Shown: positions 27,842-36,711 of the stretch, in pieces | Layout: each line of letters begins with the position of its first letter | Position numbering within the stretch: position 1 is the stretch's first letter | Source: an uncultured Candidatus Saccharibacteria bacterium | GTDB taxonomy: Bacteria; Patescibacteriota; Minisyncoccia; Phycocordibacterales; UBA5272 | Reading direction: 5' to 3' | Length of the DNA: 64,000 nt | Assembly: GCA_964443675.1 (NCBI GenBank) | Contig: CAYUDN010000002.1 | Span: 2,586-66,585, forward strand | Position numbers and translations under genes: made by a program | The notes under the pieces: generated by a model | What the model saw: only the letters and a program-made list of their open reading frames with translations | What the model was told of the DNA's origin: nothing | Database searches by the model: none

Positions 27842-29779
27842 ATGCCCAAATCTGTATCTCTTAACCAAGCACAACAAGACGCGGTTCTTTGTACTGAAGG
27901 GCCGCTTCTTATCGTAGCTGGTGCTGGTGCAGGCAAAACAAAAACCCTCACCGAGCGTATTGTAACCATTATCAAGAAGGGCGCTGACCCTCGCAACATT
28001 CTTGCGGTTACTTTTACCAACAAGGCCGCCAAAGAAATGCGTGAACGTATTATCGGAAGATTAGAAGAGGAGCATGTGATTGAAAAAGAAAATCCTTATC
28101 ATCACACTCCGGTGATTAAAACTTTTCACTCCCTTGGTCTTATGATGCTTTCTGAACAGTCAGACAAGCTTGGTCTTCTTCGGCATCCAACTATTTTGGA
28201 TCAAAGCGACTCTTTGTCTATTATCAAACGCGCAGTAGAACAACTCGGCCTTGATCCAAAGATCAATGACCCTTCTAAGATTCGCACTATTATTAGTAGA
28301 GAAAAAGGAGACTTCGTAAGCCAATCTGAATATCAGAAAAAAGTTGCAACAGCACAAATGGATATTGTAGCAACAGTATGGCGTATCTACGAAGAAGAGC
28401 TAAAGCGTCAACGAGCAGTTGATTTTGATGATCTTATTGTACGAGCAGTGTACATGCTTGAAGAATACGAAGAAATCAGAAAATACTATCAGCACCGCTT
28501 CAAATATATTCATGTTGATGAGTACCAAGATACCAACGGTGCACAATATGCCTTCATAAAACTTCTCGTGAACAATGACACTAACAATATCTGTGTAGTG
28601 GGGGATACGGATCAGAATATTTATAGTTGGCGTGGCGCAAACATTCGCAACATTCTTAACTTCGAAAAAGACTTTCCTGGGAGTAAGGTAGTGCTTCTCG
28701 AAGAGAACTACCGCTCAACAGGTAACATCTTAGCACTTGCAAATACCGCAATCAAAAAGAACACCGTACGCACCGAAAAAAATCTTTTCACCTCACAAGG
28801 AGAAGGGGACAAGATAGACATCAAACCATGTTGGGACGAAGAAAGCGAAGCGCAAATGCTCGCACGTTCTTGTAAGTCACTCATAAAAGAAGGTGTTAAT
28901 CCAGAAGAAATCGCAATACTCTATAGAGCTAACTTCCAGTCACGTATTCTAGAGGAAGGATTTCTAAAAGAAAATGTTCCTTACAATCTTCTTGGTACCA
29001 AATTCTTCGAGCGTAAGGAGATCAAAGATGTAATGAGTTATCTTCGTGCTGCACTTAATCGAGAATCACAAGCAGACCTTCGTCGAGTATTCGAAACCCC
29101 TAAACGTGGTATTGGTAAAGTAACCATCGCGAAGCTTTTTGCAGGAGAAGAGCTCTCTGGCAAAGTGAGCGAAAAAATCAACCACGTCTTCACTTTTCTT
29201 GATACTATTATCGAACGACTAAAAACAGAACCACTTTCCCATGTTATTTCTATGATTATTGTTGATTCTGGTATGGAAAAAGAAATGCTTGAAGGGTCAA
29301 GTGAAGATAGGGAACGACTCGAAAACGCTCGAGAGCTTGTATCACTTACTGTTCGTTATGATGGACGAGATGGTATGGAAGCGCTCACTGAATTCTTAGA
29401 AGAAACCTCTCTTCAGTCCGATCAAGACAATGATACCAAAGAAAAGAACGGTGTGCGTCTCATGACCATCCACGCAAGCAAAGGACTTGAGTTCAACTAT
29501 GTCTTTGTGACAGGACTTGAGCAAGATCTTTTCCCTCACAAAAATATTGGCAATCGTAAAAGAAGTAAAGAAGAGGAGGAAGAAGAGCGCAGACTTTTCT
29601 ATGTTGCAGTTACTCGTGCACGAACCCATCTCACTCTTTCATACGCTGAACTTCGTACTATTTTTGGACAAAAACAAATTAATGCACCGAGTGAATTCTT
29701 AGAAGACGTTGATGAAGCAATTAGTGAACATCACGATTTGTATTACAAAGAAGGCGGTGGCGCAGTAGTGTATATTTAA
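27842..29779 (+). CDS. UvrD/PcrA/Rep-family ATP-dependent DNA helicase
   Basis: Motif I AGAGAGKTKTL, AVTFTNKAAKEMRERI, motif II VDEYQDTN, GDTDQNIYSWRGA and C-terminal motifs. Confidence 0.9.
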   Translation: MPKSVSLNQAQQDAVLCTEGPLLIVAGAGAGKTKTLTERIVTIIKKGADPRNILAVTFTNKAAKEMRERIIGRLEEEHVIEKENPYHHTPVIKTFHSLGLMMLSEQSDKLGLLRHPTILDQSDSLSIIKRAVEQLGLDPKINDPSKIRTIISREKGDFVSQSEYQKKVATAQMDIVATVWRIYEEELKRQRAVDFDDLIVRAVYMLEEYEEIRKYYQHRFKYIHVDEYQDTNGAQYAFIKLLVNNDTNNICVVGDTDQNIYSWRGANIRNILNFEKDFPGSKVVLLEENYRSTGNILALANTAIKKNTVRTEKNLFTSQGEGDKIDIKPCWDEESEAQMLARSCKSLIKEGVNPEEIAILYRANFQSRILEEGFLKENVPYNLLGTKFFERKEIKDVMSYLRAALNRESQADLRRVFETPKRGIGKVTIAKLFAGEELSGKVSEKINHVFTFLDTIIERLKTEPLSHVISMIIVDSGMEKEMLEGSSEDRERLENARELVSLTVRYDGRDGMEALTEFLEETSLQSDQDNDTKEKNGVRLMTIHASKGLEFNYVFVTGLEQDLFPHKNIGNRKRSKEEEEEERRLFYVAVTRARTHLTLSYAELRTIFGQKQINAPSEFLEDVDEAISEHHDLYYKEGGGAVVYI

Positions 29780-29787
29780 AACAACAA

Positions 29788-29813
29788 GGGCGGACGTCTA
29801 CCGACGTCCGCCT
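29788..29813. terminator. Hairpin GGGCGGACGTC-TACC-GACGTCCGCC between convergent genes
   Basis: 10-11-bp GC stem. Confidence 0.6.
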
Positions 29814-29819
29814 GTTCAC

Positions 29820-30251
29820 TTATCCTTTCCTCTTCTTCCACCACACCTTCATAAGAAGGTAACATGATGCAGGAAGATCAAAGATGAGAAACCATGCAAA
29901 AAACAAAAGGAACATTACAGACAAAAACATATACATCCTTCTAACAAAAAAACTTTTTATCGATGGCTGGGTATCCTTGATACTCTCAGCAATCACTAGA
30001 ATAATGCTGGAGAAAAACCCTTCTGGTACTTGCACCTTTAGGTCAGTATGTAGCACTTCTCCAATAATCCAGTGACGAAAGAAGAGTGAAAATACCCCAA
30101 GAGATACCACAAGCAACGTCACAGTGATGTGGTTTTCTATCGAAAAAAACGGGTGCAACTTTTCAAGCTGAGTAAGAACAGCTCTGTATAGCAACAAACT
30201 CACCATACACAAGAACAACACCGCAAGAATGTTTTTCGTGGTACGCCACAT
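29820..30251 (-). CDS. Small integral membrane protein (about 4 TM), hypothetical
   Basis: Hydrophobic segments separated by short loops; lies downstream of the lipoprotein gene on the same strand. Confidence 0.4.
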   Translation of the reverse strand: MWRTTKNILAVLFLCMVSLLLYRAVLTQLEKLHPFFSIENHITVTLLVVSLGVFSLFFRHWIIGEVLHTDLKVQVPEGFFSSIILVIAESIKDTQPSIKSFFVRRMYMFLSVMFLLFFAWFLIFDLPASCYLLMKVWWKKRKG

Positions 30252-30363
30252 ATCGTATCCTCCAAACAGAAGTTCAACCTTTCACACTCTATACCAGAGT
30301 ATGGCAGAAGTCAAAACAAACATCGCCCCACCGAAGTGGAGCGATATTGTCCGGAAAGAGTAC

Positions 30364-31542
30364 TTACATCTTCCTCTTTCCGAACTCATAAAGAGCAACC
30401 AGGTTCACGTGCGTCTTATCCGCATAGAACCTGATGTTCTTTGGGTATGCACGGGTCATCCCTCCCCGCATACCAGTATTAACCCATCTGGCAGTTGCTT
30501 TGTATGCATGCCCTGGGGAGTGGTGGGCAGCGGCAACAAACATCACCATTTCGTCCTGGAAGCTGTTGTGCTTCGCAAGAAGAGTGGTAACACCTTTGTC
30601 ACTCAAGAACCCTGTCATTCGCAGAATGTTGTGCACCGCAAAGTACACCGCAGCAACATGATGCTGATCTCCTTCGAGATACACCACCGAGTCCGGGATC
30701 TTAACACCACCATCACGAACGAATCCGTTCACAATAGAGGCACCTTCTGTTGCTTCTTCATCTTTCCGAAGAGCAAAGGAGGTGAACTGATAGAACCCAA
30801 GCGACAGCATATCGTCATGCTTGGCAGGGGTATGCATCAGGTACGAAACCCCAGCATTCCGAAGCAGCATGTCCAGGTAAGGAACATTGAGTCGTGCGTC
30901 ACCGGGCAAAAGCTCTGTCATGCCGTACGCAATGAAGTCCTTCCCTGTAAGGTTCCTCACAATCTGCTTTGCGAGTTCGCAGCGGCGTGCATCAACGGGG
31001 TGCTTCTTATTCTTTGCGTACCGTGCACAGAGCTTCTGCCAATCAATGGACTTCTTAGCATCCTTTACAACACTGTCGGTAACAAAGATAAATTCAGAAA
31101 GAGTGCTCTTCTTCCTGTCACTTTGCATGTACCGGTCAAGGACGTAAGAAGTCTTCCCAAGAGTCGAATCCGACACGTTCTTGCGAAGAACCTTGTCGTT
31201 CCACATTGATGCCATGACAGCATCAAAGGACACATCAACAAAGCGGGGAAGCACAGCTCCTTGTTTGGGAAGTCCGAGGTGTGTGGCATAGAAGTCACTA
31301 ACCTTGGAACGAACCTGAAGGAGTGGCGCAAGGTCGATATGCACCTTTTGATTCTTTGTGGCCTCCTTCACTCCGTTGGCGGCAGCTGAAGCTGCCTCAC
31401 GCATCTCGTCTCGTGTTTGAGGACGAGAAGCGGTCGACGAAGGTATGGATGGCGACGAAACAGTAGAACCTTCTTGTTTTGAGCAACCAACCAAGGTCAC
31501 CACAACAAGAAGAAGGTGCAGGGCGTAATTGCGAATGTTCAC
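30364..31542 (-). CDS. Lipoprotein, hypothetical (GC-elevated gene)
   Basis: GTG start with GAGGAG SD gives MNIRNYALHLLLVVVTLVGCSKQ (signal peptide plus lipobox LVGC). The track ORF starts 27 codons upstream without a signal peptide. GC about 48-50% by eye. Confidence 0.5.
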   Translation of the reverse strand: MNIRNYALHLLLVVVTLVGCSKQEGSTVSSPSIPSSTASRPQTRDEMREAASAAANGVKEATKNQKVHIDLAPLLQVRSKVSDFYATHLGLPKQGAVLPRFVDVSFDAVMASMWNDKVLRKNVSDSTLGKTSYVLDRYMQSDRKKSTLSEFIFVTDSVVKDAKKSIDWQKLCARYAKNKKHPVDARRCELAKQIVRNLTGKDFIAYGMTELLPGDARLNVPYLDMLLRNAGVSYLMHTPAKHDDMLSLGFYQFTSFALRKDEEATEGASIVNGFVRDGGVKIPDSVVYLEGDQHHVAAVYFAVHNILRMTGFLSDKGVTTLLAKHNSFQDEMVMFVAAAHHSPGHAYKATARWVNTGMRGGMTRAYPKNIRFYADKTHVNLVALYEFGKRKM

Positions 31543-31644
31543 AACATCTCCTCTATCTAAAAGAATGGGTAAAAACAAACAACAATCAATATCTATTATA
31601 TCACAAAACTTGATAAAAGTCAATGACTGTGCTACACTCCTTAC

Positions 31645-32439
31645 ATGTATTCTCCTCGTCCAAAAAAGTCCCTTGGTCAGAACTTCTTAACCTCAATTCC
31701 TGCACGCAAAAAAATGATAGAAGCGGGGGAAGTTACTTCGCGTGACACAGTGCTTGAAATTGGTCCAGGAAAGGGATTTCTTACTGAGGAGATTCTTCTT
31801 ACTGGTGCAAATGTGGTAGCACTTGAAAAGGATCAGGAACTTATTCCTTTTCTTCAAGAAAAGTTTAAGAGTAGCAGTAACTTCTCTTTACTTCATGGCG
31901 ACGTGCTTACTTTTGACCCAAACAATGAAAGGCAGCTCACTTCGACCTACAAAGTTGTTGCTAATATTCCTTACTACATAACAGGTGCAATCCTCTCTCA
32001 TTTTCTTGCACACAAACACAAACCAACATGTATGGCAGTGCTTGTACAAAAAGAAGTGGCAGAACGTATCTGCGCTCACAACAACAAAGAGTCCCTTCTT
32101 TCTCTTTCTGTCAAAGTGTACGGTACCCCAAAACTTTTTTATAAAGTGAACAAAGGAAGCTTCAATCCTATTCCAAAAGTCGACTCAGCAATTCTCCAGA
32201 TTAAAGACATTTCTTCGAACAACTTCCACAACAACACTCATGAAGCAACATTTTTCCGTCTTATCCATGCAGCATTCGCACACAAACGCAAGTTCGCGCT
32301 TTCTAATATTGAAGTAGTATTTAAGGGACGAGATATTCGCACACTATTCCAACAACTATCTCTTAGCGAGAAAGTTCGTGCTGAAGATGTTACACTCCCT
32401 GTATGGCTTTCTCTTTCTTTGAAGCTTTCTACACAATAG
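31645..32439 (+). CDS. rsmA: 16S rRNA (adenine1518/1519-N6)-dimethyltransferase
   Basis: SLGQNFL, EIGPGKGFLT (SAM-binding), VVANIPYYIT. Confidence 0.9.
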   Translation: MYSPRPKKSLGQNFLTSIPARKKMIEAGEVTSRDTVLEIGPGKGFLTEEILLTGANVVALEKDQELIPFLQEKFKSSSNFSLLHGDVLTFDPNNERQLTSTYKVVANIPYYITGAILSHFLAHKHKPTCMAVLVQKEVAERICAHNNKESLLSLSVKVYGTPKLFYKVNKGSFNPIPKVDSAILQIKDISSNNFHNNTHEATFFRLIHAAFAHKRKFALSNIEVVFKGRDIRTLFQQLSLSEKVRAEDVTLPVWLSLSLKLSTQ

Positions 32440-33779
32440 TAGTTATTCTACTTGTGTATTTTTTTCTAAAAAAAAGCACTCACTACTTTGGCAAACGACT
32501 TGTTCTCCATTGGGTACTCTTTGGGTTCTTAGTGAATGCTTTTGGTCTCTCTTGGTTGTATACAACCTACCCAATATCGTGGCTACCGGAAGGGTGGGTA
32601 CTACAACTTACAGGAATCTTTACTCTTCATATGATTCTTTCGATAAGTGTTACTCCTGCGTATGCACTCCTTGCGCTTTTGAACAAACCGTACCCACAAA
32701 CATTTCTTCCTTTTGTGTTTGGTGGACTCCTTACCGTTGCGGAAGGGATACGTTCACTTCTTTTATCATTACTATATCTCGGAGAAGGAACAACTGTTGG
32801 TTTTCATTTTAATGCCGGCACCATTGGGAATGCGCTCTCGAGTACACCTCTTGTGGAATTCGCATACTTTGGAGGAACCTTTGCGCTCACTTTCACACTT
32901 GGATACTTAGTCTATTGTCTTTGTGATAAAAAAAGGTACGTCTTCTATGTGTGGCATATTTTTGCAGTTGCGATTTTTCTTGCAGTCACCCACTATCTTA
33001 TTCCAGTAACCACCCCTCCACAAAAGATCACTGTGGGGGTTATCACTGTTGACACACCAGACGAGGCAACTGAAGAAAAAGTTTTTCTTTCTTACACAAA
33101 GAGCATCTCTCGTGTCTATGAACTCACAAACCTTTTTGCTTCTTCATCTCCAACAATCATAGTGTATCCAGAAGATACACGCTTCATTGACACCCTTCCA
33201 AAAGAAACCAGCAAAGAAATCAGGGGGGTATTCCCGACAACGCTTTTTGTTGATGGTTCTGTATATCCACACTCAGGTAAGTTTTCTAATGTATCGGTAT
33301 TTATGTATCCAACCAAAGAGAAGTTTGTTGCTCGTGGCAAAGAGTTCCTTATGCCATTCAATGAATACATTCCTTACTTTTTCTCGCACCTTATCACTCT
33401 CTTTATTCCTCAAAAGGAGATAGCTACCTACAAAGCAAAACATACCTTTATCCCACTTCATACAACAAAAGTAATTACCGTTAACGGTCTTCGAGTAGCA
33501 ACACTTATTTGCTCTGAACTACTTTCTTATGAAGTGTTGTCTTCTCTAAAACAAGAACGTCCTGATATTGTTCTCTATCAATCTAGACTACAAATTTTCC
33601 ATAACAACCCTTGGTTTGTAATGCACTTGAGATCTTTTTCAAAAGTTGCCGCAGCGCAACTTCGTACCACAATGGTAAGCAGTTCTAACGGCGCTCCTTC
33701 CTATTTTATTTCACCGCACGGAACTATTATTGATAGTTTGCCTCCCGGTTTCTCTGCAACGCTCTACACCATCAAATAG
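32403..33779 (+). CDS. lnt: Apolipoprotein N-acyltransferase-like protein (multi-TM N-terminus plus CN-hydrolase domain)
   Basis: About 6 N-terminal TM helices. The C-terminal domain carries Cys in ATLICSELLS, resembling the Lnt catalytic ICYE context. Overlaps the rsmA end. Confidence 0.6.
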   Translation: MAFSFFEAFYTIVVILLVYFFLKKSTHYFGKRLVLHWVLFGFLVNAFGLSWLYTTYPISWLPEGWVLQLTGIFTLHMILSISVTPAYALLALLNKPYPQTFLPFVFGGLLTVAEGIRSLLLSLLYLGEGTTVGFHFNAGTIGNALSSTPLVEFAYFGGTFALTFTLGYLVYCLCDKKRYVFYVWHIFAVAIFLAVTHYLIPVTTPPQKITVGVITVDTPDEATEEKVFLSYTKSISRVYELTNLFASSSPTIIVYPEDTRFIDTLPKETSKEIRGVFPTTLFVDGSVYPHSGKFSNVSVFMYPTKEKFVARGKEFLMPFNEYIPYFFSHLITLFIPQKEIATYKAKHTFIPLHTTKVITVNGLRVATLICSELLSYEVLSSLKQERPDIVLYQSRLQIFHNNPWFVMHLRSFSKVAAAQLRTTMVSSSNGAPSYFISPHGTIIDSLPPGFSATLYTIK

Positions 33780-33818
33780 TAACTGTAAGTAATCCACTCT
33801 TTTAAAAAGAATGGATGA

Positions 33819-34775
33819 GTGCCTATAGTCTTCTTGCGATATACTACAAAGTATATGGAACCAAATGCAATGACAACTAAAAAAGCGCTTCTTGTGGTCG
33901 GGGTGCTTATCTTTTTATTACTTACAACAATGGTGATTCCTGCCAAATACATTGGGGTTACCCCTCAAAAAACAACAGGGATTATTCTTTTGGATGATGG
34001 AGCGATTACCGCTTTAGCCAAAGACAAGAACCGTAACGGAAACCCTGATTGGAGAGATTTACTAAAAGATAACACAAATATCCAAGAACCTCTTACAGCC
34101 CAAACACCAATAGACCCCGCCACCCAAAAAGAACTTGATGACCCCAACAATCTCACCGCATCTTTCGCTAAGAACCTATATACTGCAGCCACCTATGCTA
34201 GCCAAAATGGTGGACTCACCGAAGATGAACAAGCAGCGCTTGCAAGTCAGTTAATTGAGGGGGAGGGTGCCAAAATAACTGTGAAGGTGTACACACTGAA
34301 GGATCTTCATCTTGTAAAGAACGAATCAGAAACATTCATCACTTCTTACGGTAACAATCTTGGCGTTCTCTACAAAAAAGCTGTTGATGAGAAACTTAAC
34401 TCGGACGATACCGTAATACTTAAAGCGTACACAACAAACCAAGACTCTTCTGTTTTGGAAGCGCTCGTAGTAAAAAAGAATAGTTTAGAGACAATGATTT
34501 CTAAACTTATCACTCTTGATGTACCGTACTCTGCAGCAATTTACCATCTTCGTATGCTAAACGAACTCTCAAAGTATAAAAGTGTTGTAGAAAATCTTTC
34601 CACAGCAGAAATCGATCCTATGCGCGCAGCAATAGCAACTAGAGAATATTTTCCGGCACTGAAAAGCGTGAATGGTTCTTTTATTGCAATTGTTGAGTAT
34701 TTTATTAACCAAAAGATCACCTTTACACCGAGCGATCCTGGTGCAATTCTTATGAAAGGGTATACTTCTAAATAA
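33819..34775 (+). CDS. Membrane-anchored hypothetical protein
   Basis: N-terminal TM (ALLVVGVLIFLLLTTMVIPA), then an extracytoplasmic domain. Confidence 0.4.
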   Translation: MPIVFLRYTTKYMEPNAMTTKKALLVVGVLIFLLLTTMVIPAKYIGVTPQKTTGIILLDDGAITALAKDKNRNGNPDWRDLLKDNTNIQEPLTAQTPIDPATQKELDDPNNLTASFAKNLYTAATYASQNGGLTEDEQAALASQLIEGEGAKITVKVYTLKDLHLVKNESETFITSYGNNLGVLYKKAVDEKLNSDDTVILKAYTTNQDSSVLEALVVKKNSLETMISKLITLDVPYSAAIYHLRMLNELSKYKSVVENLSTAEIDPMRAAIATREYFPALKSVNGSFIAIVEYFINQKITFTPSDPGAILMKGYTSK

Positions 34776-34784
34776 TACATCTGT

Positions 34785-36488
34785 ATGAAAAAATATTTAA
34801 ACGTCTTCCTTGTTTTAGGACTAATCTCTTCTTTCATAGGACAAGTTTTTGCATCTGGCGCGATTGCTGGAGCTACAGAAATTACCCAACTACTAAATAA
34901 CGGGGAGCTTCTTGGTGTCAACGTATCTTCTGGAGCAACAGCAATTTCTTCAAATATCTCTGCTGTGGATGCCACCATCGGAAGACCTCTTGTTACCATG
35001 ATGATAAACACCGCTCAACAAAAAGCAGCAAAAGATATTGTTAGTTGGGCAAACGGTGGTTTTAAGGGTGATCCTCTTATTATAAGTGACCCTGGTAAAT
35101 ATATTGGTGACGCAGCTCTCGCTCAAGTTAAGCTTGGATTAGGAAGCCTTCCAAAAAACAGCCCATATTCAGATAGTATTTTTAATAGCCTGGTCGGACA
35201 ATACAAAGACTCTGAAGATCTTGGTGCAAAAATAAACTCTATCACGCAATCAAATATTCCTTCCCTTGTCCAAAAAAACTTTTGTACTGATAGCTCTCTT
35301 ACAGAAAACGCGGTAGCATCTCTTGGGGGAGATATGGCTTCTATTGATCCGAAAGCTCTTCAACAAAAAAAGAAGGAGTTAAAAGACTATGCTTGTAACG
35401 GAAACCCGAACACTGATCAGAAGCTTGCTGCACGTCTGACTGATATTCAATCACAAAACGCTTCTGTTGGTGGATGGGACTCCTGGCTTGCAAAGACCGG
35501 TGGAGATAACGCATACACCAAAAAAGTTCTTGCGACTAACGAAATCAATGCAAAAGCAGCAGCAGAAAAAGATAAGGCACAAAAAGAAATCTACCAAGGA
35601 GCAGGTCCTGTAAGTCAAACCAAATGTCTTAAAACTTCTACAGTAACCAAAACAGGCGAAACTCCTATTTGTGAACCTGGACAAAAGGTCACCCTAACAC
35701 CAGGTAAAACTGTTGCAAGCTCACTTGATAGATCGGCAAACTCTGGTATTGACCGTCTTACTCGTCTCCAAGGAGAGGGTCTTGCTGCGTTTATAATGGA
35801 AAAAGCTATGTCCAGCTTAGTAAGCGGACTTAACTCTGCTTTTAATGGAAGTCAAGGTGGATCATCTTCTGGTTCTAACAACAACCAAACAACTACTGTA
35901 ACCTCTAAATCTCCTCCGACTCAAGACCTTGCTGGAGACGAAGACACAAAAACAGCAATAACTTCTCCTGTTTTTAAAATGCTTGAAAATTCTCAAAGCA
36001 CTTTTGACAGCTTGGAGTCTGTTGATACAGAGTACCTAGCAGAAGTGAACACCTATGCCACAAAGATAGCATCAGGAAAGTCTTGTTATGATTCTCTCAT
36101 CGAAAACAAAACAGTTACTCCTGATAACCCGCAAGTTGTTGCAGCATACTCATTTTATGAAGACCGTCAAAATAGAATCGATATTGTTAAAAGCGCTCTC
36201 ACTCAAGAATTAAAAAAGTTAGCAAATGCAACACAGCTTATAACCACTACAAAAACAAAGCTCAAAGAAACCAACTCTTCTGAAGAAATTAACACCCTTT
36301 ATAACAACTACACTAAAGAAGTAGAAAAAGGGGAGTATCCAACGATAGAGACTTTAGGAAAAAGAAAGGGGGAGTACTCAAAAACAAAAGCGGATATTAA
36401 AAACGATAAAGATGTCGACACTTATCAAACAACTTGTAACCAGATGGGAGGTAATAGTAATGATAATGGCGGGGCAGGTGGAGCATAG
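34785..36488 (+). CDS. Secreted protein (567 aa), first gene of the T4SS-like cluster
   Basis: Signal peptide MKKYLNVFLVLGLISSFIGQVFASG; Cys pairs; no recognised catalytic motif. Confidence 0.5.
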   Translation: MKKYLNVFLVLGLISSFIGQVFASGAIAGATEITQLLNNGELLGVNVSSGATAISSNISAVDATIGRPLVTMMINTAQQKAAKDIVSWANGGFKGDPLIISDPGKYIGDAALAQVKLGLGSLPKNSPYSDSIFNSLVGQYKDSEDLGAKINSITQSNIPSLVQKNFCTDSSLTENAVASLGGDMASIDPKALQQKKKELKDYACNGNPNTDQKLAARLTDIQSQNASVGGWDSWLAKTGGDNAYTKKVLATNEINAKAAAEKDKAQKEIYQGAGPVSQTKCLKTSTVTKTGETPICEPGQKVTLTPGKTVASSLDRSANSGIDRLTRLQGEGLAAFIMEKAMSSLVSGLNSAFNGSQGGSSSGSNNNQTTTVTSKSPPTQDLAGDEDTKTAITSPVFKMLENSQSTFDSLESVDTEYLAEVNTYATKIASGKSCYDSLIENKTVTPDNPQVVAAYSFYEDRQNRIDIVKSALTQELKKLANATQLITTTKTKLKETNSSEEINTLYNNYTKEVEKGEYPTIETLGKRKGEYSKTKADIKNDKDVDTYQTTCNQMGGNSNDNGGAGGA

Positions 36489-36499
36489 GGTAAGACAAT

Positions 36500-36600
36500 A
36501 GATAACAGACACGCTTCGCTAAAGATAAAAGAAAGGGTGGCCGCTTCGCGGCCACCCTTTCTGTATTCTATAAGCGAAGCGATCTGTTGTCTATAGCGAA
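36500..36600. repeat. Intergenic palindromic element copy 1 (nested hairpins around GAAAGGGTGGCCGCTTCGCGGCCACCCTTTC)
   Basis: The central 13-bp perfect GC-rich stem is at 36531-36561. The outer pairing CGCTTCGCT / AGCGAAGCG is at 36512-36520 and 36573-36581. Related copies lie at 40455-40575 and 41085-41165. Confidence 0.65.
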
Positions 36601-36711
36601 GCATGTTTGTTGTCTGTATTCTATATATCTACGCTCTATTATTTCTTTTTCCGTCTTTCACCCAACACCTGCTACCTATTACCTATCACCTATTCATGCT
36701 ACACTACAATC

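Noticed and set aside
30229-31209. 326-aa + strand ORF
   Set aside because: It is antisense to the lipoprotein gene (signal peptide, lipobox and GAGGAG SD on the minus strand). The region is GC-elevated, which inflates spurious ORFs.
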